Assembly: GCA_002633005.1 (NCBI GenBank)
Contig: NMRA01000169.1
Location: 537,387-601,386, forward strand
Direction of reading: 5' to 3'
Origin: Phoronis australis
Taxonomy: Eukaryota; Animalia; Phoronida
Length of the DNA stretch: 64,000 bases
This document shows, one piece after another, positions 53,623 through 64,000 of this stretch (position 1 is the first letter of the stretch; the number at the start of each line of letters is the position of its first letter). Below the pieces are notes generated by a model. It was given only the letters and a program-made list of their open reading frames with translations, was not told the origin of the DNA and ran no database searches. The translations under genes and the position numbers were made by a program.

Positions 53623-54832
53623 CACATGTCATGTCAAATCAACCTGCCACAGACATCATATATTTACATAGCTTGTGTACTCCTTTTGCTATGTTTAAAG
53701 GCTAACTGGCCACCTGCAAATGTACAAAATTCTCCAATTCAAAACAACAGTTGCATACCAGCTGTACTGTACAAGTCTAGACAGTGAAGCTCAGTTTTCT
53801 TGTAGTTTAGTTCTGTTGTAAATTTTGGGAAAGGTATATTGCTTAAGTAGGTGAAGAATTTTTATATTAATATATTTTGCGAAAATGGGCCATCGCGGAT
53901 TGTTCAGCGACACTTAAATCTCACTGTATTCACCCAAAACATCATAAGCTTTTGTCAGCCATATTTGCTGCCTCGTTTTCATGCCATTAGAGTTCCACGT
54001 GTTCGTTGATGTCGTCTGTTTTTCTCGGAGGCAATACTCTGTTCGTCCTTTCAATGCTAACAAACTATGTGCTGTGAGCGGCAACTCTGACATAAGAATG
54101 TTTGATAACTGGACAAGTGATGTGTGATGGGAAGTTCTTCGCCTTCCCATCAATGAGAGACAAGAAAATGCGAAGTGAGTGGGTAAAACAAGTTCGTCAG
54201 GTTAATTTTGAACCGAACAGAAANCGCACATGTCATGTCAAATCAACCTGCCACAGACATCATATATTTACATAGCTTGTGTACTCCTTTTGCTATGTTT
54301 AAAGGCTAACTCGGCTGGCCACCTGCAAATGTACAAAATTCTCCAATTCAAAACAACAGTTGCATACCAGCTGTACTGTACAAGTCTAGACAGTGAAGCT
54401 CAGTTTTCTTGTAGTGTAGTTCTGTTGTAAATTTTGGGAAAGGTACATTGCTTAAGTAGGTGAAGAATTTTTATATTAATATATTTTGCGAAAATGGGCC
54501 ATCGCGGATTGTTCAGCGACACTTAAATCTCACTGTATTCACCCAAAACATCATAAGCTTTTGTCAGCCATATTTGCTGCCTCGTTTTCATGCCATTGGA
54601 GTTCCATGTGTTCGTTAATGTCGTCTGTTTTTCTCGGAGGCAATACTCTGTTCGTCCTTTCAATGCTAACAAAGTATGTGCTGTGAGTTGCAACTCTGAC
54701 ATAAGAATGTTTGATAACTGGACAAGTGATGTGTGATGGGAAGTTCTTCACCTTCCCATCAATGAGAGACAAGAAAATGCGAAGTGAGTGGGTAAAACAA
54801 GTTCGTCAGGTTAATTTTGAACCGAACAGAAA
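53623..54832. repeat. About 600-bp near-identical tandem pair split by a single n (probable assembly/haplotype overlap)
   Basis: 53623-54223 versus 54227-54832; n at 54224. Confidence 0.9.
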
Positions 54833-54860
54833 TCCCTTTCTTGAGGATACCCATTCAGTT
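54670..54860 (+). pseudogene. Degenerate THAP zinc-finger coding fragment (DNA-transposon derived); second copy at about 54060-54223
   Basis: CAVS(G/C)N in one frame, then FFTFPSMRDKKMRSEWVKQVRQVNFEPNRN in another, fitting the THAP pattern C-x2-4-C...F.FP...R..W...V...NF.P; the terminal C-x2-H-F is absent and a frameshift/stop is present. Confidence 0.6.
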
Positions 54861-56068
54861 CCGCTTCTTTATGAACGCTTGAATTCAGGAATATTTCCAC
54901 TGGTATACACTTAGCCAGTCTCTGATTTGATCTGCGAAAATGTTCCTGATTTCTACAATGAGGTCACGTGTTTTCTTATTTCTGGGCCAAAGGAGAGTGC
55001 TATCGCCATGTAATCCGGGTGGCCGTATTCAAGGCAGTGTGCCCTATTGTAGTTTTGAAAAAGAAATTTTGCACAAAATTTGTTTGGCTTCGTTGAAAAT
55101 TAGCCAGAAACTTTTGCTTCGATATTTCATTTATTTTCACCATGGAAAATTATGTCATTTTTAAGGCTGATGCTTTTGCGCTACAGAGTAAATGACTTCG
55201 TTCTGACAGTAAAAAATGTTCGCAACTTCGTTCATCATCGCCATGTTTTATTATGATCTTGTTTTGTCTGAATTTTAGGTTATTATAAATGTTTTGTTCA
55301 ACGTTTCAAGTTCAATTTCGAGTAATAGTTCACAGACCCTGAAATCTGTGTGAGCTAGGATCTTCTCCAGGTGGCAAATGACGTCCTGGTAATTTTAAAA
55401 CTCTTCAGGGTCTGATCTGGCTTCCTAATTTCAAGGTTTTGAAATGTGCTCTTTAGGCTTATTTTTGTTGAGATTTTGATAATGGTTAATGGGTATGAAT
55501 GAAACGGTGGCATTTCACATGTTTCGGAACCTCAGGGAATTTAGAAAGTCAAATGGCAAACACATCCATCATAAGTGCGTCTCTGAGAAATTTCACTGGT
55601 GTGCTTGGTTAAACAGGTAATGCTGTAGTGAGATTGTTGTGACTGGGTGGTAAGTAGTAATCAGGTGTTCAATTAGTCATTAAGTGGTCTGACGCATAGT
55701 GTACCTTGTGTACGTACTTTGCTTCCTGAGGGAGATATTTTAAAAGGATATTATCGTTTTTGCAGCGGAAAAACACAATTTTGGGATGATTGTTGAATGA
55801 GAGTGACTTCTTGAAGTTGTTGGCTTCACCGGAGCTTTAAAATTACTAAATCAGTTGTGTTTGTGATTTTCGTCATTGAGTGCCAGACATTTGCTGGTAT
55901 CCAGGCTGGTGTTTTTACCATTTAGTGGTAAATACACGTAGAAATACTTTGTTATTTAGTGCCTGGGATTTGGCACAGCGTTATAGCACTTGGCTACTAT
56001 TGCAGAGTTGGATCGGTTCAATTCCATACCAATTTCTGTAAAATTACTTTTCTTGCAAGGAAATCAGA

Positions 56069-56095
56069 ATGTCCCTTACAGGTTACAAATGGCAG
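56069..56095 (+). CDS. Weak candidate alternative first exon (MSLTGYKWQ)
   Basis: agaATG, 9 codons, donor CAG|GTAGGC, phase 0, 262 nt upstream of exon 56358. Confidence 0.2.
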
Positions 56096-56357
56096 GTAGG
56101 CTACGTAATTGAAAAAATCTTGATTTCTCAACATACCGCTTGTTTTGCCTTGTTTTTCATGTTTTCAGTTTGGTCGTTTTCCAAATGTCCGGCAGATTGG
56201 TTCACATCTGTCGACGGAGTGGTGACAGTAGCAGTGGTGCCTCTGTAGGCAGATAGGTGGCAGCTGCAGTCTTATGTCTCATGTGACCACTGGCTCCCCA
56301 TTGGTTGGTGAAAGCTTCCATTTGTTGTTACCTCAGGTGTCTCTCTGTTGTTTGCAG

Positions 56358-56461
56358 AACTTCTTCTCTAAGAAGACCACCAAGACAGGCATCAAACGCA
56401 CCAAGAGCAATAGTAAATTGGACAAGATCGTCCGCAAGCAGACGGCAGTTGATCCAAATGA
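56358..56461 (+). CDS. RASAL2: Internal exon of a SynGAP/DAB2IP/RASAL2(nGAP)-family Ras GTPase-activating protein (NFFSKKTTKTGIKRTKSNSKLDKIVRKQTAVDPN+GA)
   Basis: Acceptor ctctctgttgtttgcAG at 56356-56357; donor TGA|GTGAGT at 56461/56462; phase 0 to 2. FFSK...IKRTKS.SKLD matches the family motif I recall from vertebrate RASAL2 (GFFSKRLKGSIKRTKSQSKLDR) just before the PH domain. The symbol denotes the closest remembered match; the gene is probably a co-ortholog of RASAL2/DAB2IP/SYNGAP1. Confidence 0.85.
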
Positions 56462-56558
56462 GTGAGTTACAACTTCTACTAGTAATTTGACTGACTGAGA
56501 AAAGTTTTGCATATTAAAATTAGTTAACTGTGTCTTAATATTTTTATGACTTTAATTC

Positions 56559-56646
56559 GGGTCAAGCATAGGCGGTCAGTGGAATCCGTGTCAAGCAGGG
56601 GGCGGTCAGTGGACTCCGGGACAACCATGGGGGGTCTATGGATTCC
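56559..56646. repeat. Diverged tandem repeat, about 29 bp x3, G-rich
   Basis: g.gtcaagca..ggcggtcagtgga.tcc twice plus a degenerate third copy. Confidence 0.7.
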
Positions 56647-56853
56647 TGGTGCCAAAAGTCACTAGCGGCCATTTTAAAATCTGGAATTCAAAATTTCCTC
56701 GTGAAATCATCAGTGGTTGCTCTTGCACTCAAGAAATTATGGCAATTTCATCAGTTAAACTGTCGTGTATTGACCTTTTGCAAATATTTTGGTCCTGGCA
56801 CGTAAGTTAATATGTTTTAAAATGCAAAACCAAGTTTTGAGCATATTTTAGCA

Positions 56854-58866
56854 TCTAGATTCTATTTCAACACAGAATGATTAATTTTGTTGGCTGCATT
56901 ACATGGTGTTTATCATAAATGACCTTCAGTCACTGATAACACAGTGAACTATGTCATTTTTGGTCATTCTGTAACTATCTCATCACCCTTGTTATTATCC
57001 AGGCCTCACTTTCTGAGCAAATAGACATTGAAGTACCAGAATATTCAAATAGCCATTGTTTCAACCTCCATCAATTGTACATAACAAATAAAAAATTCGT
57101 AAATTTGATCATTGCCCATATTGTAATGGTGGGTCCTTTTGGTTTGTCAGTAGTCTTGTCAGTTCTCATCATTCCAAATGCTAAGCTACAATCTCGATTG
57201 ACCTATGGCTCTTTCTGTGCTTGCAAGACTCTTGCCAATATGTTTACTGCTTCTAGCCCATAGTTCATGGTTTGCTTGCTGCTGCCCTCTATTGGGCAGC
57301 TCCGTTATTAATCGAGTCTTGCCAGACTGCAGTGAGGCTCATGCAATTTTGACTTCTTGTTAAACATGAAGTTTGGGTTTTTAATGTGACCATGTGTATT
57401 AATTGGTTCTCTTGTAAAATATTTTGCCAACTTTCATGCTTCGCGAAAAGTTTTTAAAGATAATTGCTGCCTTTTGTGGGGCTTTTGCTGATCTTTATGT
57501 TTACATTGTTTATTGGTTAGGATGTTCACAAAGGATAGCATCATGTATTTGGGGGCATCAATCCCAGAATTTTGAATTTGAAGGTGAAAATGAGACACTG
57601 CATCCATTTGGATTTCGCAACAATAAGTCATTACCCAGTTGCTATTTAAAGGAATCTACTACCGATTTAAATGTCCTGCTTCTCAACATGATACAAACTT
57701 TGACGTCTCCCATGTTGGTGTATGCTGTTTTTTTTGTTGTTGTTCCTTTGTTGTTACTGCTCCTTTGTTGTTGTTGTCATTGTTGTCTGCATGCAGCCTT
57801 GTTGTTTTCTCCCCTGCAGTCCCCATAGTGACAGGTTGCTAAGCAACATGAAACGAANTCTAGACTCTATTTCAACACAGAATGATTAATTTTGTTGGCT
57901 GCATTAGGTGGTGTTTATCATAAATGACCTTCAGCCACTGATAACACAGTAAACTATGTCATTTTTGGTCATTCTGTAACTATCTCATCACCCTTGTTAT
58001 TATCCAGGCCTCACTTTCTGAGCAAATAACAAGAATAGACATTGAAGTACCAGAATATTCAAATAGCCATTGTTTCAACCTCCATCAATTGTACATAACA
58101 AATAAAAAATTCGTAAATTTGATCATTGCCCATATTGTAATGGTGGGTCCTTTTGGTTTGTCAGTAGTCTTGTCAGTTCTCATCATTCCAAATGCTAAGC
58201 TGCAATCTCGATTGACCTATGGCTCTTTCTATGCTTGCAAGACTCTTGCCAATATGTTTACAGCTTCTAGCCCATAGTTCATGGTTTGCTTGCTGCTGCC
58301 CCCTATTGGGCAGCTCCGTTATTAATCGAGTCTTGCCAGACTGCAGTGAGGCTCATGCAATTTTGACTTGTTAAACATGGAGTTTGGGTTTTTAATGTGA
58401 CCATGTATGTTAATTGGTTCTCTTGTAAAATATTTTGCCAACTTTCATGCTTTGCGAAAAGTTTTTACAGATAATTGCTGCCTTTTGTAGAGCTTTTGCT
58501 CATATTTAGGTTTACATTTTTTATTGGTTAGGATGTTCACAAAAGATAGTATCATGTTTTTGCGGGCATCAATCCCAGAATTTTGAATTTGAAGGTGAAA
58601 ATGAGACACTGCATCCATTTGGATTTCGCAACAATAAGTCATCACCCAGTTGCTATTTAAAGGAATCTACTACCGATTTAAATGTCCTGCTTCTCAACAT
58701 GATACAAACTTTGACATCTCCCATGTTGGTGTATGCTGTTTTTTGTTGTTGTTCCTTTGTTGTTACTGCTCCTTTGTTGTTGTTGTCATTGTTGTCTGCA
58801 TGCAGCCTTGTTGTTTTCTCCCCTGCAGTCCCCATAGTGACAGGTTGCTAAGCAACATGAAACGAA
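56854..58866. repeat. About 1-kb near-identical tandem pair split by a single n (probable assembly/haplotype overlap); includes a truncated duplicate of the 58829 exon at 57820-57857
   Basis: 56854-57857 versus 57859-58866; n at 57858; SNPs and a 9-bp indel distinguish the copies. Confidence 0.9.
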
Positions 58867-58924
58867 GTCTGAGCCTTGGTCGGCTCAACAAAACTAAGAC
58901 AGACAAAGACTCCAATGACAATGT
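58829..58924 (+). CDS. Internal 96-nt symmetric (phase 2-2) exon of the Ras-GAP gene ((D)PHSDRLLSNMKRSLSLGRLNKTKTDKDSNDN+GT)
   Basis: Acceptor ttgttttctcccctgcAG at 58827-58828; donor TGT|GTAAGT at 58924/58925; GA from the previous exon plus T gives GAT and keeps the frame open. Confidence 0.75.
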
Positions 58925-61900
58925 GTAAGTTGTCGACAATTTTGTTCACTTTTTCACTATTGCCTGCTCACTGGTTCTTGGCTTGCTACATAATTGGTTG
59001 TTTTTTTCACATTTCATTTTTGTGTCTTCATTTGTTTACTTATGCATTTTCACTTTATTTCTAGTTGATGATAATAATCAACTTTATTTATAGAGGACAA
59101 AATCCAATACAATACAACTTAAAATATGCTTTAGCCAAATGCTAATATACAGTTGGGCTGTGTTTGTTACAGAAGTTTTGCACTTCTCAGTTCACACGCC
59201 CTTAACAGCAGATTTTACAAAATTGAAAAAACATTTCTATCCAAAACTCTAAAAAGTACCTCAATTTAACATTAAATTTCTAAGCTGTGTTGTTACTAGT
59301 TTTATTTACATCATTTTTTGCTTCAGTTGTATGTTTTATCTAATCTTGATCGTCTCTTAGGGTATTTTATCATCAGTTTTGTTGTCTTATATGTATACAA
59401 ATCAAACCGGTTTTTGCAAACTTGTCTAAACTAGTTCAAAACATTCCATTGTTTTCATGAATTGTTCTGCTCTGCACTTGGATGAACAAAGGTTTGGGTT
59501 TCCTAACAGAGTGCAGCACCAGTCTAAGTAACTTTTCAACTTTCAACTAAATTGTGTCTGTCATTTGATATTGCTATCGCAAACCTTAGTTAGCAGCATT
59601 AGTTGTTTGGTTTTGTACAGGAACTTATTTGATTTCGTGTTTCTGCTGTTCTGTTAGTCCAGGATGGGTTTGTTTCTATGACAACATTATGCATTGTACA
59701 GGGTCACGTGTCATTGTCAAAAGTGGAGGAAAGATAACGAAAAACTGTGGTGAGAACAACGCGTTCGGGCAGTAACCCTGTAGACTCTAACAAATGGCCA
59801 TTTTACAAAGACGTTTACTTTTAAATTGCTTCTAAGAAATTTTAATGCGTCTGTTTCAGGCTTTACAAAAAAAATTTAAAATGACAGTCATTGATAAGAA
59901 ACTATTTGTACACTAAGCAAGAACTGATTTTCGTTCTTTGTACTTTGTAAAATGGGCTTATGATTATAAACTTGATGACCCCTTGAAACCAAATTCTGTA
60001 CCTATCAGTAGGATATATCAATTATTCGCCTGACTCACAGAAGTTGTTTTTTATATTTTTTAATTAATTCCCACTATCGTGTCCACAAACGTCAATGTCA
60101 TTGTTCAGTGTTTTCTGAAAATGTATCGCAATCAAAGTAGGACGTTTTGGTTTCAGTGGGTCAATATTGACTTTTGGTAGTTAGAGAGCAGGGTAAATAT
60201 ATGAGGATATCGCGTGTTGCAAAAATCGACGTTTTACGCGTGTCAATTTTTATAAGCACAAACTAATTCCCTGCTCTTTCATCCTCTACCCAGAGTCCAT
60301 AGCGACATTTGTAGTACGTTTAGCCTCTTTTTCAGTCCTGTGCCTCTGATTATAGCTAATTAACATTTCATTATTTCAGAATTAATTACCTGTGTCGACT
60401 GTGTTGTATTAACAGAAAATCGGAATGAAAGTCCTTCAAAACCTAGGTCTCTGTAATGCAAGTTACATTAAAAATTATCGGGAACTTGAAAATAACTAGG
60501 TGGCACTAGGGAACCGTCCCACCTGCGAAAATCTATGCATTCAGATTGGATATTTATTCCACGAAGATTAGGAACGGATATTAAAAAGAGAACCATTTGT
60601 ACACTAGCGTCACCTACTGAGTGTCTGGTAGCTTACATGTAGTACCGATTCTACTTATTTTGATGCCTGCCGTAATTTTGTCCAAAGCTTTTCTGATTAC
60701 AGTTGGTACTCGGGAAATTTCTCAAAAAAAGTTGATGAGTTTTGATTATTGCAATAAAATTGTTGAGTGCGAGTTATTTGTTCCAGTGTTGTTGATTTTT
60801 GTGTATCGAATGTCACAAAACCTAAAAATTGCAGCCCTGCCTGAAATTATTCAATTTGGATAAACGATTGCAGCTGAAATTGATGTTTTCCATTTGTGAA
60901 AATTTCCCACTCAGTACCAGTAGATACTGGATATTTCATCAAATGTTGATTGGACTTTACAAACCATAGAGCAAATTTTCCTTCAATTTATTGTTGTTGA
61001 GAAATTTCCTTGAAATAATTTCACTCTTCTGCCTCATGGGATTCTCAAGTATAGAAATTTATTACAAATCGTCTAAATGAGAAGTCTCGAGTTTCTAATC
61101 CCTCTCGTCATATGGAAGTTGATGTTGTTATGACAGAAACTCTTGTTATAGAAGCCTAGTGTAGTACTAAATGTAGTGTGTTTGTGCTTAGTTTAGGGCT
61201 CGTGCCATAGGTGGCAGTTTTGTGGCTGTGAGGTGATTGAAATGTACTGTGTTTAGTGGATTTCTGTCACCTGGAGTTTTGTGTGTTGTTTTCTCAAGGT
61301 GTGTATGTTTGTGATTTTAATTTTAGTAATAATGTATCGCTTTTGTTGTTCCTTATTTGTTTGTGATTGATACATTTGCATTGTTTGAGAAGTTCAATAT
61401 TTCGCTGAAAGGGAGACTTGCACAAAAAATTTGAAACCCATGTTAGCAAACATCGTTCTGTGGTGAAAAAAGGTGGAGAAAGGTGTCTCTTATTGCCATA
61501 TGTATGAGAAACTTGTATTTAATGCTAAGGGAACCTTCTTATGCATTTTCAATCTCCTTAACCATGTACACCAAACTTTTAGGGACATGACCTTCCTAAA
61601 AGTGCTACTTACGATTGAGGCCCGGTGCTAATTAATTAATGATGTAATTAATGATGTACATTTGAATTTTTTCTCTGTTCTTAAACGAACCAGTTTACCA
61701 GGTGTTAACCTGGTAATTAGCCACAGGTATTCATTGTGTACCGACAGGGTCGGGTAACCTTGGTATTTCAACTAAGGTAATCAGCCCTTGGGGAAATAGC
61801 TCAACGTTTGGGAAGCTGGGCGATGTACATTTGGCTATTTTAAGAATCTGACAACAGATTATGACCAGTAGAATGATTGGAAGTACAACTGCATGACTGG

Positions 61901-64000
61901 ACGCATGCCTATATTCTCAAAATGACCAGTGGCTGTTTTGCAAGAGAATCGGGGCTTTGGGTAACTAATAATCTGTAAGTGAAATCTTGTTTCAGTCATT
62001 GATCTTCTGAGTGAGTTCAGAGGAGTTTAGCTACCCCCCCCCTCGGTACTGTTGTGATATCAATAAAACCACAGCTCTGCTACTGCACTTAGCCATAAAG
62101 AATGGAATTCCTACCACATTTGAAATAAAACTGATTTATACACTTGCTAAGATATTTTGCAATCTGTATAGAAATTGATTTTGTGGTTTATTCAATCACT
62201 TTCAAGCCATGGTGAATTAAATTCCTTTCCCCCTCCAGTTTTATGTCAGCTAATGTTGACCAATTAAAATGACTCCTTCATTGATAAGATTGCAATCTCC
62301 ATTTCTCCAATTTCTTCAGCCTCCAGTTCAATGCTGGTTCCATCGGTTGCCATAGCTTCAGTTGCCCCATGCTGTTATGCCAGTGAGTTGAATTGATCAG
62401 TATCAATGGCATTGGAACTAATGTCTTTATGAATGCCAGTATGACTATAGTGAATATATTCGCATTAAAATTCCATGTACTTTACATTCAATGCACGGTT
62501 GGGTTCTTGCAATCAGTCGTCTTCATTCTGTTGGCAGTTGGAAGTACTGTTTGCTCAGCCATGATCCAATCTAATCCACTTCAGTGTTGACATGTTAAGA
62601 AGTTGTTCAAAGCCACTCTCAGCTATAACGTGGGTTTTCTCAAGTTGGTACAAATAATTATATCAGAATATGTTTGATTAGAGCGTGCATTTGATAATAT
62701 TTTTCCATTTTTTGCCAATCCCATGGCTGGCAGCTTGTGATGAAACCCACTGTTCTTCACAAATAACATCCAACCCTTGTGACTTATGTGGATTGTTCCA
62801 TCCTGTCACCCCTGTGGTGCTGGCACAAATGGACCGGTCGAATCTCAAGTTCTGTGCAGCATGATAAGAGATTCAACACAACTTCACAAGAACTAACCAA
62901 GTTCGCTTTTCGTAAGAGTTGAGATTTCTTGGCTGCACCATCGTGACTCATTCGAGAGACATGACCGCAGGTAAACTAAGATGATGCATGAAAAAACCGT
63001 TGATTTTGTTTTAAATCTGATTATGCACTGTAGCTTGGTAATATTCTATGCTTCTCAGGTATTTTAATGTCTTTTTGGTCACCCTTCTCTTATCTTGGAT
63101 TTGTGAGTTTTCATTGACTGACACTGACAGTTCTTAGAATTGACAGGAATTTCCTCTTTCCAGTGTTGACCCATTAAAGAACACAAAGGTTAGGCAAAGT
63201 TCACTTCAGTAAAAAATGAGGTTCATTTCTATTTACCCAGTCATACACATGTTGTAATTGTCATTATGGTCACCTGACATATTTGTGCTTGGGTTACTCA
63301 GTGTTATTCAAAAGTAATACTCAGGCTGAGCTCAGATATAGGGCTGAGTCATCCTGTGATTATGGATGTTTATATTTGTTGTTTTTGAGTCACAGTGTGA
63401 TAGACGTTTGTTATTGTCAGTGGGATCAAGTGGTCTGTGGGTGTGTGATTTAGTGAATTTACTGTGGAAGCTGACTAAAGTTACCAGTTATTTGGCATAC
63501 AAACATATTTACTAGACGGATTTTACTTGGGCAGGAATTTGTGTCTAAAAAGCCTGTGATGTTGGTTAGGAATCAGGCCTTGTGAATCGGATTGCATATT
63601 GCGAAGGAGTCCATGATGAGGAATCCTGCGGAGTCTGTGTTGAATTTTCCCTCCATTTTGCCGCAAGCCACGGATAAGAATCTCGTGAAATGGTCGAAAA
63701 TACTGCTAAGATCATGGTTAGTGAGAAAATCTAGTTTGTACTCATCGCTGTTCACCTTTGGGTTTATCAAGTTGGGAATTTTGTTTTTCGTCATAATATG
63801 AGTGAGTTTTGGTAACTTGATATTACTCGGCCAATGTTGTTCATTTCTCAAGAGCTACTTGTCACCATTCAGAGAGTTATTGAGTTTTTATGCGTCAATT
63901 GTGTTGCATACCTCAAATGTTTGTGATCCAATTGTATGCAATATGTACCAGTGGTACTCAGATACGCTACTCGATAAGCTGTTGATTGGCTGAAACAATA

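Noticed and set aside
57820-57857. Apparent tandem duplicate exon suggesting mutually exclusive splicing
   Set aside because: Identical to the start of exon 58829 and cut off by the n at 57858; best explained as an assembly overlap.
62200-62980. Coding-like minus-strand fragments and a CAG|GTAAAC donor at about 62970
   Set aside because: Frames are interrupted by stops; no acceptor/frame combination continues the Ras-GAP in phase 2; no family recognised.
63592-63807. 69-aa ORF followed by GTGAGT
   Set aside because: A stop codon precedes the donor, and the expected next family motif (SRSHESLL-like) is not present.

Overview
AT-rich, intron-dominated metazoan (invertebrate-like) genomic DNA, not prokaryotic; nearly all ORFs in the supplied track are chance ORFs, many opened at TTG/GTG. 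The window appears to hold the 5' part of one + strand gene of the SynGAP/DAB2IP/RASAL2 (nGAP) Ras-GAP family. Three phase-consistent internal exons (38899-39011, 56358-56461, 58829-58924) give ...EPSYERTIEQQQRRGSLP...NKIM|NFFSKKTTKTGIKRTKSNSKLDKIVRKQ...|PHSDRLLSNMKRSLSLGR...; I did not find the PH/C2/GAP exons, which presumably lie beyond the window. The most striking observation is a series of candidate alternative first exons whose donor phase fits the next shared exon: phase 1 at 3629-4502, 16220-16259, 27109-27142, 28879-28993 and 37662-37683; phase 0 at 41985-42080, 47463-47513 and 56069-56095. They include a 291-aa extension with repeated RKIS kinase motifs and a short N-terminus ending in a di-cysteine. 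The introns hold transposon debris: Penelope-like remnants with degenerate minimal hammerhead-ribozyme motifs, palindromic MITEs, a TTAA-flanked Kolobok-like element, a THAP-domain remnant and a tRNA-derived SINE, plus several mini/microsatellites. Three 0.6-1 kb tandem 'duplications', each split by a single n, are most likely uncollapsed haplotype overlaps in the assembly. All calls were made by eye; no database search was run.
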